Made by a program: the position numbers and the translations under genes | The notes under the pieces: generated by a model | Told to the model about the DNA's origin: nothing | The model's input: the letters and a program-made list of their open reading frames with translations, nothing else | Databases searched by the model: none | In this document: positions 33,071-43,219 of the stretch, piece after piece | Numbering within the stretch: the stretch's first letter is position 1 | Layout: the number at the start of each line of letters is the position of its first letter | NCBI GenBank assembly: GCA_965232515.1 | Contig: CBDDPY010000002.1 | Location: forward strand, 5,504,001 to 5,568,000 | Direction: 5' to 3' | Source: Alphaproteobacteria bacterium | GTDB lineage: Bacteria; Pseudomonadota; Alphaproteobacteria; GCA-2731375 | DNA: 64,000 nt

Positions 33071-33727
33071 TTATTGCCGGGCGCGCCGCCGGTACCAGGC
33101 GAGGCCGGCGAGGCCGAGGCCGAACAGCGCGAAGCCGGCCGGCTCCGGCACCTTGGCGAACGACAGGTTGTCGGCCTGGAAAACTTCCCTGAAATCTGGG
33201 TTCAGATCTTCGCCTGCGAAGATGATCGTGCTGAACGCGGCGTCGCCCACCACGCCCAGGAAGCCGTCCCCTTCGCCGCCCAATTCAGAAAAGAAGCTGA
33301 CAGTCGCGTCGCCGGCGCCGTCGAAATCGCCAGTCACGGTCAGGCCGTTCAACGACGCCGTGCTGGTCCAGTCGGCGCCGAAGGCGAAAATCGGCATCGG
33401 AAAGTCCCAGGCGATGGTGTCGTAGGTGCCAGCATCGGGACTGCTCCCACGCACCGCTCCTAGATAAGCGCCGGGGAAGCCGACTTCGTTCAGGTCGGTC
33501 GCCGTTGCCGGCGTTCCGGTGCTGATTACGCCGCTGTCGAAGGTGATGCTGTCGGCGCCGGCGATGTCATTGTCGAACGGATCGTCGATAACAGGCCCGC
33601 CCAGCGGCGAGGCCGCCACCGCGGCTTCCCACGAGTTGCGGTCGGTGAAGATCTGAAAGGCGTGGGCGCTCGCCGTCATCGCGAACACGGCAATGCCGAC
33701 AAGACCGGCGACAAGCGATTTGATCAC
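33071..33727 (-). CDS. PEP-CTERM sorting domain protein
   Basis: Signal peptide ending AHA; C-terminal VPEP, TM helix, RRRAR; GTG start after AGGGGG. Confidence 0.92.
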   Translation of the reverse strand: MIKSLVAGLVGIAVFAMTASAHAFQIFTDRNSWEAAVAASPLGGPVIDDPFDNDIAGADSITFDSGVISTGTPATATDLNEVGFPGAYLGAVRGSSPDAGTYDTIAWDFPMPIFAFGADWTSTASLNGLTVTGDFDGAGDATVSFFSELGGEGDGFLGVVGDAAFSTIIFAGEDLNPDFREVFQADNLSFAKVPEPAGFALFGLGLAGLAWYRRRARQ

Positions 33728-33997
33728 GGAAGTCCCCCTGCGTTTGGCGTCCGCCGCGCCGCGCCAACCGCGCGCGCAACCGGACAAGACGCGCATTTAA
33801 CCTTAAGCGATTATCGCGTCAGAAAGTAGAATCAACGATTTCAGTGGTTTGGCCGATTAGCATCGGCGCATTTGTGGCAATCACCGACACTGCCGTGCGC
33901 GAAAGCCGGCGAGTTCTCGGCTAAGCGCTCGATTACAATGAAAAACCGACGCCCGTTCAGTCGTTAAGGATTTCGACGCCGCGTTCGATGCGGCGCC

Positions 33998-34765
33998 TCA
34001 CCAGGCCGTGTAGCCGCCATCGAGCAGCAGGTCGGCGCCGGTCATGAAACTGGCGTCGTCGCTCGCCAGGAACACGGCGCCGCGGGCGATCTCGTCCGGC
34101 TGGCCGAGCCGGCCCATGGGGTGCTTCGGGCCCCAGATGCGTTCCGCCGCGTCCAGGTCGCCGAAGCGTTTCGCCAGCCGCCCCGTGGCGATGCCGCCCG
34201 GCGACAGCGTGTTGACGCGGATCTTGTCGTCGGCGTGGTCCAGCGCCATGCCCTTGGCGAGCTGCACCAGCGCGCCCTTGGTCGTGCAGTAGGCGGCCTG
34301 GCCGGCGTTGGCCACGCGCGCCATCTGCGAGGCCATCAGGATGATGCTGCCGCCGCCGGCGGCGCGCAGGTGGGGAATCGCGTATTTGCAGATGTGAAAG
34401 GCTCCGGTCAGGTTGACGTTCAGGGCCTGTTGCCAGTCATGCTCCGTCATGTCGGCGATGGTGGTGATCGGCGAGAACACCGCAGCGTTGCAGACCACGA
34501 TATCGAGTCCGTCGAAAGCGTCGACCGCCGCCGCTACCGCCTGCTGTGCTGAAACGCTGTCGGCGACGTCGCAACGCTGCGCCGCCGCCCGCCCGCCGCC
34601 GGCGCCGTTTATCTCGGCCGCGACGGCCTCGGCATCGTCGACGGCGATATCCGCGCACAGCACATCGGCCCCCTCCGCCGCGAAGGCCAATGCGATCGCC
34701 CGCCCGATGCCATTGCCCGCGCCCGTGACAATGGCGCTGCGGCCGTCCAACTTGCCTGTCGTCAT
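33998..34765 (-). CDS. SDR family oxidoreductase
   Basis: TGAGNGIG, NAA, YCTTK, IRVN..SPG, DGG. Confidence 0.93.
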   Translation of the reverse strand: MTTGKLDGRSAIVTGAGNGIGRAIALAFAAEGADVLCADIAVDDAEAVAAEINGAGGGRAAAQRCDVADSVSAQQAVAAAVDAFDGLDIVVCNAAVFSPITTIADMTEHDWQQALNVNLTGAFHICKYAIPHLRAAGGGSIILMASQMARVANAGQAAYCTTKGALVQLAKGMALDHADDKIRVNTLSPGGIATGRLAKRFGDLDAAERIWGPKHPMGRLGQPDEIARGAVFLASDDASFMTGADLLLDGGYTAW

Positions 34766-34869
34766 TCCAAGCTCTCCCAATCTTGGCCCCGATTGTAGGT
34801 CGCGCGGTCTCGGTTGGCATCCGTCGATACGCATTGACCCGTCGGCGCGCGCCGCTTAGACGTAGCGCC

Positions 34870-36480
34870 ATGGCCAGTGCAGCGGATCTCATTGCCCGCC
34901 GGCTCTATGACGCCGGCTGCCGCCACGCCTTCGGGATTCCCGGCGGCGAGGTGCTCACCCTCATCGACGCGCTCAATCGTGCCGGCATCGAGTTCGTGCT
35001 GACCAAGCACGAGAACGGCGCCGGCTTCATGGCGGAAGGCACCTATCACATGACCGGCGCGCCGGGCATCCTGGTCGCCACCATTGGTCCGGGCGCCGCG
35101 AACGCGGTCAACGTGGTCGCCAACGCCGAGCAGGACCGGGTGCCGCTGATCGTGCTGACGGGCTGTGTCGACGCTGCTGAAGCGCTGACCTACACGCACC
35201 AGGTCTTCGACCACGGCGCCATGTTCGGGCCGATCAGCAAGGCTACGTTCAAGGTCGCCGACGGTGCTGCCGACGTGCTGGCCGACAAGGCCGTCGCCAT
35301 CGCGCTCGACGACCGGCCGGGCCCGGTGCATATCGACGTGCCGATCTCGCTCGCCGGCCAGGAGCAGGCCGAGACGCCGTCGTCCCGCCGCGCGCCGACC
35401 GCGCCGGCTGCGCCCGCCGAGGGGCCCGAGCTGGACCGGGCGCGCCAATGGCTGGCGGCGGCCGAGCGGCCGATCATGATCGCCGGCCTTGATGTCATGA
35501 ACCATGACGCCGTCGCCGATGTAACGGGCCTCGCGGAAGACTTCGGCATCCCGCTCATCACCACCTACAAGGCGAAGGGCGTGCTGCCGGAGGATCATCC
35601 GCTGGCCTTGGGCGGCGCCGGCCTGTCGCCGGTCGCCGACCGCGAGCTGCTGCCGCTGATCGGCGAGGCCGACCTCATTCTGCTGGCCGGCTACGACCCC
35701 ATCGAGATGCGCACCGGCTGGCGCCACGTCTGGGACGCAAGCCAGCAGAACGTCGTCGAATTCGCGGCCGCGCCCAACACCCACTACATGCACCAGGCCA
35801 CGGTCAGCTTCGTCGGCCATGTCGGCGCCGGCCTCAAGTGTCTGCGCAACGGCGCCGCGCCGCGCCAGACCTGGCCCGACGGCGCGCCGGCCCGCGTCAA
35901 GGAAGCCGTGCAGGCTGCCTACGGCCCGAACGAAGCCTGGGGTCCGACCGCGGTGGTCAAGACCGTGCGCGCGAACCTGCCGCGCGACGGCGTGGCGACG
36001 GTTGACAGCGGCGCGCATCGCATCCTGCAGAGCCAGGTCTGGGAAGCCTACGAGCCGCGTACGCTCTTGCAGTCGACCGGCCTCTGCACCATGGGCTGCG
36101 CCCTGCCGCTCGCCATCGGCGCCAAGGTCGCCGCGCCCGAGCGCGCCGTGGTGGCGTTTACCGGCGATGCCGGCCTGGAGATGATCCTGGGCGAGCTGGC
36201 GACCCTGCGCGACTTGAGGCTACCGCTCGCGGTCGTGGTCTTCGTCGACGCCTCGCTGGCGCTGATCGAGATGAAGCAGCGCGGCGTCGGCCTCGGCAAT
36301 CTCGGCGTCGATTTCGGCGAAACGGACTTCGCCGCCGTCGGCCAGGCCATGGGCGGCTACGGCGTCACCGTCGAGAGCCGCGAGGCACTGGCCGAGGCCA
36401 TGCAGACCTCGCTCGCCGCCGACCGCTTCACCGTCATCGCCTGCCGCATCGGCGCGGCCGCCTACGACGGCCGGATTTGA
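34870..36480 (+). CDS. Thiamine pyrophosphate-binding enzyme (acetolactate synthase-like)
   Basis: FGIPGGE, KHE, GPGAAN, PGPVH, TMGCALP, GDAG. Confidence 0.92.
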   Translation: MASAADLIARRLYDAGCRHAFGIPGGEVLTLIDALNRAGIEFVLTKHENGAGFMAEGTYHMTGAPGILVATIGPGAANAVNVVANAEQDRVPLIVLTGCVDAAEALTYTHQVFDHGAMFGPISKATFKVADGAADVLADKAVAIALDDRPGPVHIDVPISLAGQEQAETPSSRRAPTAPAAPAEGPELDRARQWLAAAERPIMIAGLDVMNHDAVADVTGLAEDFGIPLITTYKAKGVLPEDHPLALGGAGLSPVADRELLPLIGEADLILLAGYDPIEMRTGWRHVWDASQQNVVEFAAAPNTHYMHQATVSFVGHVGAGLKCLRNGAAPRQTWPDGAPARVKEAVQAAYGPNEAWGPTAVVKTVRANLPRDGVATVDSGAHRILQSQVWEAYEPRTLLQSTGLCTMGCALPLAIGAKVAAPERAVVAFTGDAGLEMILGELATLRDLRLPLAVVVFVDASLALIEMKQRGVGLGNLGVDFGETDFAAVGQAMGGYGVTVESREALAEAMQTSLAADRFTVIACRIGAAAYDGRI

Positions 36481-36521
36481 TAGGCCGAGAGGGCCGTTTC
36501 CGAATTTGAGTGAGGCGCATT

Positions 36522-36602
36522 AGGCCGCGACTGCGGCCCGCCGGCTTATCCGGCGCGCCCGCGCAGGCGCGGACCGTCAGGTCCGCTGCCGTGAGCGCAA
36601 AA
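36522..36602 (+). repeat. 81-bp multi-hairpin dispersed element, copy 1
   Basis: AGGCCGCGACTGCGGCCCGCCGGCTTATCCGGCG...GTGAGCGCAAAA, identical to 48710-48790. Confidence 0.9.
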
Positions 36603-38315
36603 CTAAGTCGCGGGATGGGCGTGCGGGCGTGGGTCGAGCGGGCTGCGCACGATCGCCCCGCCGCGCCGCCGCAGGCGGCTGGCGGCGAGCTCGCCGGCCT
36701 GGTCCAGGATCGGATAGGCCACGGCCGTCAGGTGCGAGTTGATGCGCTTCAGGTCGCGCAGGATGTCGAGATGCAAGGCACTGGTCTCGATGCTCGCGGT
36801 CTGGCCCGAGCGCAGGCGGGCGAGATGGTTCTCGGCGGCCTGCCGTTCCAGGTCGCGGAAGCGTTCCTTCGCGGTCAGCAGGTCGCGCGCGGCCGCCACC
36901 TCGCCCGTCAGGAACACACTCAAGGACAGCTTCAGCGTCGCCATCACCCGGTGGTGCAGGTCGACCAGCTCGCACAGGCCCTCATCCGAGAACTGATAGC
37001 GGTTGCGGATCTTCTTCCGCGCCAGCTCCATCAGGTTCTTGTCGATGATGTCGCCGACATGCTCCAGGTTGGTGGCGAAGGTGATGATGTCGATGCAGCG
37101 GTCGCTGTCCTGGCCGTTCAGCGGCTCGCGCGAGAACTCGGTCAGATAGAGCTTGATCGACTCGTGCAGCGCGTCGACCTGGTCGTCCATGGCCTCGACC
37201 TCGGCCTTCAGCTTCTTGTCGTCGGCTTGGAACACCTCGATGGTCTGCGCCAGCATGTTCTCGACCAGGTCTGCGAGCCGCAGCGTTTCGCGCGTGGCGC
37301 CGGCCAGCGCCAGGTTCGGACTGTCGAGCGCTGATGTGTCCAGGTGCCGCGGCTGGCCCTCGTCGTCGGCCGCCGCCGGCGCCGGCAGCAGGCGCTCGGT
37401 CAGCCGCGCCACCGGTCCGGTCAGACCGAGGAAGACGACGGTCAGCAGCAGGTTGAAGCCGAGATGCGCGTTCGCCACCTGCCGGATCGGCTCGGTCCCG
37501 AATTCCGCGAGGTGCGGCGTCACAAAGGGCAGCAGCGGCAGCAGGACAACCGCGCCCGTCACCCGGAACAGCAGGTTGCCCAGCGGCACGCGCCGGGCCT
37601 GCGGCGGCTCGTTCAGCGTTACCATCAGCGCCGGTAGGGCCGCGCCGGCATTGGCGCCCAGCACCAGGACAAAGGCGAGATCGAGCGGTATGGCGCCGGT
37701 CGCCGCCAGTGAGGCGATCAGCAGCACGATGGCCAGGCTGGAATGGGCGAGCCAGGTGAGCGCGGCGGCCAGCAGGAAGGCCAGCAGCGGTTCGCTCGCC
37801 AGCGCCACGAACAACGCGTGCAGCAGATCGCTGTCGTTGATCGGCATGGCCGCGCCGCGGATCAGATGCAGGGCCAGCAGCATCAGGCCGAGGCCGATGG
37901 CGATGCGGCCGAAATGTCGGACCCGCGGCGTGTCGCTCGCCATGAAGCAGGCGACGCCCAGGAACAGCAGCACCGGGAAAGCGGCGGTCACGTCGAGCGT
38001 GAACACTTGCGCCACCAGGCTGGAGCCGACATCGGCGCCAAGCATGAGCGCGAGCGCCGGCGCCACGGCAATCAGTTCGCGGCCGGCGAACGACGTCGTC
38101 AGCGTCGCCGTCGCGGTCGCGCTCTGCAGCAGCGCGGTGACGCCGAGGCCCGTCAGCCAGGCCGTGAACCGGTTGCGCGTGCTGGCGGCCAGCAATCGGC
38201 GCAGGTCGGCCCCATAGGCGCGCAAAACGCCCGTGCGCACCATGCGCGTGCCCCAGATCAGCAGCGCCACGCCGCCAAGAACGTTGAGCAACAATTCCGT
38301 ACCGGACAACGCCAT
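36603..38315 (-). CDS. Na/Pi cotransporter family protein with PhoU-like domains
   Basis: LQSATA, GADVG, HSSLA, GANAG; NLEHVGDI, ETSALHLDILRDLKRINSH. Confidence 0.93.
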   Translation of the reverse strand: MALSGTELLLNVLGGVALLIWGTRMVRTGVLRAYGADLRRLLAASTRNRFTAWLTGLGVTALLQSATATATLTTSFAGRELIAVAPALALMLGADVGSSLVAQVFTLDVTAAFPVLLFLGVACFMASDTPRVRHFGRIAIGLGLMLLALHLIRGAAMPINDSDLLHALFVALASEPLLAFLLAAALTWLAHSSLAIVLLIASLAATGAIPLDLAFVLVLGANAGAALPALMVTLNEPPQARRVPLGNLLFRVTGAVVLLPLLPFVTPHLAEFGTEPIRQVANAHLGFNLLLTVVFLGLTGPVARLTERLLPAPAAADDEGQPRHLDTSALDSPNLALAGATRETLRLADLVENMLAQTIEVFQADDKKLKAEVEAMDDQVDALHESIKLYLTEFSREPLNGQDSDRCIDIITFATNLEHVGDIIDKNLMELARKKIRNRYQFSDEGLCELVDLHHRVMATLKLSLSVFLTGEVAAARDLLTAKERFRDLERQAAENHLARLRSGQTASIETSALHLDILRDLKRINSHLTAVAYPILDQAGELAASRLRRRGGAIVRSPLDPRPHAHPAT

Positions 38316-38373
38316 TACCCCCTCAAGCCTGCCGGCATGCCGCATTGGCCATACCGTGGTCCCCAGGTGAATG

Positions 38374-38402
38374 TTGTCGTAAAACTGTAATAAAAAATTA
38401 AC
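38374..38402 (+). promoter_or_regulatory. Pho box-like tandem repeat
   Basis: TTGTCGT-AAAA-CTGTAAT-AAAA, 11-bp period resembling CTGTCAT-N4-CTGTCAT, next to a phosphate transporter. Confidence 0.5.
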
Positions 38403-38494
38403 ATTAACAGATTCCTGCCGTGAACGCTCGGACGCGACGCTAGCAAACGGGATTGTGAAGGCTTGTGCGGTGCCTCACATCGTAGGCTTCCGGC

Positions 38495-40094
38495 GATGCG
38501 CGCGAGATGCCCGGGCCCGATCGTTGTGGCGTTTGCTTCGCTGATCACGACGGCGACGCAGGCTGAGACCAGGCTGGAGGTGCTGGCCCGGGTCGGGCCC
38601 TGGCCGGTCGTGTCGCAACTGATCGGCTATGACGGCCGGGTCTGGTTCGCCAACAGCGTCAAGGGTCGCAACCACAACTCCGCCGATATCTACAGCTACG
38701 GTCCGCCGGGCGGCGAGCTTCGCTACGAGCGGCATCTGTTCAGCCAGGACGCCGGCAAGCCCGTGGTCGCCGACGGCCTGCTGTACTGGCCGTTCGAGGA
38801 TTCCCGATTCAGCCTCGGCTGGGGCCATTTCATGGTCACCAACGGCCGCGACTGGCGCTACGGCGCGATTCCCACGGCGCTCTCGTTCCACACCCATGCC
38901 ATGGCCGCCGCCGGCGGCCGTCTGGTCGCGGCGACCTCGGCCTGGCGCGCCGGCCTGCAGGTCTCCGACGATGCCGGGACGACCTGGCGCCAAGTTTACG
39001 ACCACCCGACCGCCAACCGCCGCCTCAGCCGCATTTATGAGATGGCGGCGCTCGGTTCTGTTCTGTTCGCGCCGCTCGTCGACCGCAGCAGCAGTCCACC
39101 GGTTCGACGACTGCTTCGGTTTGCGAGCGACGACGTGGGTGACGTACCCGGATGGCCCGTGCAGCGGATCGTCCTCGGCATGGCGTCGTTCGACGCTTGG
39201 CTCTACGCCGCGATTTGGGACGACGACGGGGCCGCGATCTGGCGCACCGACGGTCGAATGAGCGAACGGATCACAGAACCGCGGGCTGGCTGGCGCGTGC
39301 GGGATCTGGCTGCCGGTCCGGACGGTCTCTGGGTGCTCGAGGCCGCTGGCAATGGCGGCCGTCTGTGGTTCAGCGCCGACGGCCGGACTTGGCGGATCAG
39401 CCGGACGATCGACGGCGGCCAGCCGCAGGACCTGCTGGTCTATGGCGGCGCGGCTTACGTCGGGGGCGCCGGCGATGACGGGCAGGGAATACTGTGGGGC
39501 GACGCCGCACCACTGGCCGTTCCAGCGGCGGCGCTAAAACCGTTGCCGCCGATACCGGCCGGACGGCCGCGCGACTGGCCGGCGCTGGCGGCGGAACTGG
39601 ATGCCTTGTTGGCCCGGCCAGACAGCTACGATCGCCACGGCCGCGTACTGCGCGACGCGCTCTATCGGGCCGTCATCTCATCGCCGCCGCCGGGCTGGCT
39701 GGCGGCGCGCCTCAGCGCCGCGATGCCGGACCGGCGGCTGTCGCTGATCGGCGGCGCGGTCACGGTGCCCGCGCACAAGCTCGGCCAGTGGGCCGTGCTC
39801 TGGGCCATGGCGCTCGCCCGCCAGGGATCTGTGCCGGTCGATCTGATCGCCGCTCCCTGGACCGCGCCCGACAACGGCAGCGAAAAGTATTTCGAGCCCG
39901 CGCCGGCGGCGATCTGGGCCGCCGCCATGGCCGGTCAGGACGATCCCGACACGATCGCGTCCCTGATCGACCGCCTGGACCGTCCGGGCGATCCGCTCTG
40001 GCTGCGCGGCGACGTCGTCGGCGCGCTCACCGCACTCACCGGTCAACGTTTCGGCTACGACATCGCCGCCTGGCGACGGTGGCAAACACGCTGA
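38495..40094 (+). CDS. Hypothetical secreted Asp-box beta-propeller protein with helical C-terminus; start uncertain
   Basis: Signal-like N-terminus; SDDAGTTW, SADGRTW, TNGRDW repeats; C-terminal ALTALTGQRFGYD..AWRRW. Confidence 0.7.
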
Positions 40095-40187
40095 AACATG
40101 CCGTCTTCACGCCGCCAAGGCGTTGATCCTAAGATGTGGCCATAACAACGGCCGATTCGGCCGCAGAACACGAACGGGGGGCAGCTT

Positions 40188-43145
40188 ATGCGCATCCAGC
40201 TCGTGGACGATTTTCGCTTCGTTCATGAGCCGCGCGGCCTGGACGCGACGCCGGGCCGCGCCCGTGTTGTCGCCCGCGATTCGGACGCCGAGGCGCTTGC
40301 GAGCCGCATCCTGCTGTCCGACGGCGGCGCTTTCCTGATCACCGGCTATCGCGGCGTCGGCAAGACGACGTTCGTGAATGAGGTCGTCGGCCGCGTGCGC
40401 GATCGCCTGGAAAGCGGGCGTGTCACCGGCGGCACCGCGCACCTGCTCGACGTCTATCTCAGTCTCGCCCGGCCGATGACCGGCGTTGAGCTCATGCACC
40501 ACATCCTGCGCGGCCTGCACGACCGGCTGCGCCGCGACCGCCTGCTGCGCCGCCTGGCGCCAGGTCTGCGCGAGGACATCGAGCTGGCTTTCATGCGCAC
40601 CAGCACGACGCTCGCCTACAACACGTCCGAAAGCGCCGAGCACAGCTACAGTCTCGGCGGACTTTCCGCCAAGCTGCCATTCCTCGGCCTCGCGCCGTCG
40701 CTCGATCTCGGCGGCAAGCGCAGCCGCGGCCTCAGCCGGCAGATGACGTATCTCGCCTATGACGACAAGGCTGCCGAACAGGATCTGATCCGCATCGGCC
40801 GCGAGCTGACCGACGGCTACGAGACGCAGGCCGCCACCCTTCGCCGGCTCGCGCGGCTGTTCGGCGCCGCGCCGCGGCGCCTGCCGATCAAGGTGCTGTT
40901 CGTCTTCGACGAGCTTGACAAGCTGGAACGCGGCGGCAGCGACGCCGCGAGCGCCGTCGACGAGATGCTGGGCAGTCTGAAGACCCTGCTGACGACATCC
41001 GGCATGTCGTTCATTTTCGTCGCCGGCAAGGATTTTCACGACCGCTGGCTCGCCGACGTCAGTCGCGGCGACAGCATCTACGAGAGTGTCTTCGCGCATG
41101 TCAGCTATTTGCCGGCGCTATGGGCCGATATCGGCGAGTTCTGCGATCCCGTCGTGCACAAAACGGAGCACGAAGGCGGCGGCAGCGCCACGCGCCGCGC
41201 CTATGGCGACTTCAAGAAGTTCCTCGCCTTCAAGGGCCGCGGCATTCCGCGGCGCATCTTCCGCGGCTTCTACGAGCATGTGGTCTGGGAGGACGGCGCT
41301 GCACGCCTCGCCTTTGACGCCGAGGATTTGCGCCGCTTCGAATTTTTCGCCGGTCTGTTCGATGCGCTGCAAGCGGGCGAGCGGGAGCTGTTCGGCGAGC
41401 GCGCCGGCGAACGCCAGAGCGAGCGCACCGACCAGCAGCGGCTCGGCATCTACTACCTTACTGACTGGATCCTGAACCGAGGCGCGCAGTGGTTCAGCAA
41501 GGAGGACGCGCTTGCCGCGTCCAGCCGCCTGAGCCGCCTGGTGGCGCCGGCCGAGGACGTGGCGCCGTCGGTCGTCGAGGGCCTGACCGCGCTGCTTATC
41601 GCGCGGGGCTACCTCGAGCCGGTGAAGGACGAAACCGTCGCCCGCGTCGTGTCGAAGGAGGGCCAGACCCCTGTCTGGTACCGCGTGCCGCGCCGGCGTT
41701 TGATCGAGATGGGCCGCATGTCCGGTTTCTTCGAGCGCGAGTCCGAGGCGCTGCATGACGAGGACGCGCCCGGCGTGCCGCGCGAGCGCTACGAGATCCT
41801 GGGCGAGATCGGTCGCGGCGGCTCCTCCACCGTGTTCAAGGCGCTCGACCGGCGCACCGGACAGCTCGTCGCCATCAAGCAGCTCCACGCCTCGCTGGTC
41901 GATTCCGATCTGGCGCCGCGCTTCCGCGCCGAGATCGAGTTCCTCGCCAACCTGCACCATCCGGGCATCGTGCGGCTGCATGACGCCGGCCTCGACGCCG
42001 AACGGCCCTACCTGGTGATGGACTATCTCGAGGGCGTGTCGCTGCGCCACACCATCGGGCGCGACCAGGGCCTCGAGCCCGACGCCGTGCTCGCTCTCGC
42101 CGATCCGTTGCTCGACGTGCTGGCCTACATTCACGAGCAGGGCGTGCTCTGGCGCGACGCGAAGCCGTCGAACGTGCTCCTGACGCCGCAGGGCCGGCTC
42201 GTCATTATCGACTTCGGCATCGCCCAGGCCATGCGCGACGAGCTGACCCGGACGCAGAGCGTGATTGGCACGCCGCGCTACATGGCGCCCGAGCAGATCC
42301 GCGGGGAGCGTCTCGACACCCGCACCGACATCTACGCCGTCGGCACCATCCTCTACGAATTGCTGACCGGTCACGCGCCCTACGAGGCGACGCAGATCGT
42401 CGAGGCCATGCAGCGCGTGCTGAACGAGACCGCCGCGCCGCCGTCCTCGCTTGCCGACGTGCCGCCGGCTCTGGACGCCGTCGTCATGAAGTGCATGGAA
42501 AAGGACCGCGACGACCGGTACGAGTCGGCCGCGGCCCTGCGTGCCGCGCTGCCGGCGCCGTCGTCGAAGATTGATCTGCGCGACATCGCCGCGCGGGCAT
42601 TGGCTCGCAAGCAAGACGCGGACAGCTACGAAGCCGCCGCGACACGGCTCGTCACCATGGCGGCGACCATGGCGACCGAGGTCGCGCCGCCGCCGCCCGT
42701 CTCGCCGGCACCCGCGCCGCCACCGCCGCCACAACCGACCGCTGTCGCGCCGACCGTACTGGTGCCGGACCAGCCGGCGGAAGCGACGGTCATGATCGCG
42801 GCACCGGCCGCCGGTCCGCGCATCGTCGTGGAATCTGACGCCGGCACGCGCCAGATCGTGCTGGGCGGGCACGACGCCTCCATCGGCCGCAGCCATGACA
42901 ACCGCATCGTCGTCCGCAGCAGCGGCGTGTCGCGTTACCACGCCATCCTCCGCGCACGGGACGCGGGTTATGTCGTCGAGGACGTGAACAGCGCCAACGG
43001 TCTGATGGTCAACGACAGGCTCACGCGCGGCCCGACCACGCTCAACGATGGCGACGTGCTGCGGATCGGCGACGTGAATCTGCGTTATCGCGAGGGCGCC
43101 GACGACCGGGTGGACGAGACCGCGGAAAATGCCGCGGCCTCGTAG
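40188..43145 (+). CDS. P-loop NTPase - Ser/Thr protein kinase - FHA fusion
   Basis: Walker A GYRGVGKT, Walker B VLFVFDE; kinase GRGGSSTV, VAIK, WRDAKPSN, DFG, APE; FHA IGR, VSRYHA, SANG. Confidence 0.9.
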   Translation: MRIQLVDDFRFVHEPRGLDATPGRARVVARDSDAEALASRILLSDGGAFLITGYRGVGKTTFVNEVVGRVRDRLESGRVTGGTAHLLDVYLSLARPMTGVELMHHILRGLHDRLRRDRLLRRLAPGLREDIELAFMRTSTTLAYNTSESAEHSYSLGGLSAKLPFLGLAPSLDLGGKRSRGLSRQMTYLAYDDKAAEQDLIRIGRELTDGYETQAATLRRLARLFGAAPRRLPIKVLFVFDELDKLERGGSDAASAVDEMLGSLKTLLTTSGMSFIFVAGKDFHDRWLADVSRGDSIYESVFAHVSYLPALWADIGEFCDPVVHKTEHEGGGSATRRAYGDFKKFLAFKGRGIPRRIFRGFYEHVVWEDGAARLAFDAEDLRRFEFFAGLFDALQAGERELFGERAGERQSERTDQQRLGIYYLTDWILNRGAQWFSKEDALAASSRLSRLVAPAEDVAPSVVEGLTALLIARGYLEPVKDETVARVVSKEGQTPVWYRVPRRRLIEMGRMSGFFERESEALHDEDAPGVPRERYEILGEIGRGGSSTVFKALDRRTGQLVAIKQLHASLVDSDLAPRFRAEIEFLANLHHPGIVRLHDAGLDAERPYLVMDYLEGVSLRHTIGRDQGLEPDAVLALADPLLDVLAYIHEQGVLWRDAKPSNVLLTPQGRLVIIDFGIAQAMRDELTRTQSVIGTPRYMAPEQIRGERLDTRTDIYAVGTILYELLTGHAPYEATQIVEAMQRVLNETAAPPSSLADVPPALDAVVMKCMEKDRDDRYESAAALRAALPAPSSKIDLRDIAARALARKQDADSYEAAATRLVTMAATMATEVAPPPPVSPAPAPPPPPQPTAVAPTVLVPDQPAEATVMIAAPAAGPRIVVESDAGTRQIVLGGHDASIGRSHDNRIVVRSSGVSRYHAILRARDAGYVVEDVNSANGLMVNDRLTRGPTTLNDGDVLRIGDVNLRYREGADDRVDETAENAAAS

Positions 43146-43219
43146 TTTCGCCGCGAACTCCCATCTAAGAGGGGCAGAGGCGCCGGATGGTGTAAACTCG
43201 GCGCTATGAAGGGATCCGC

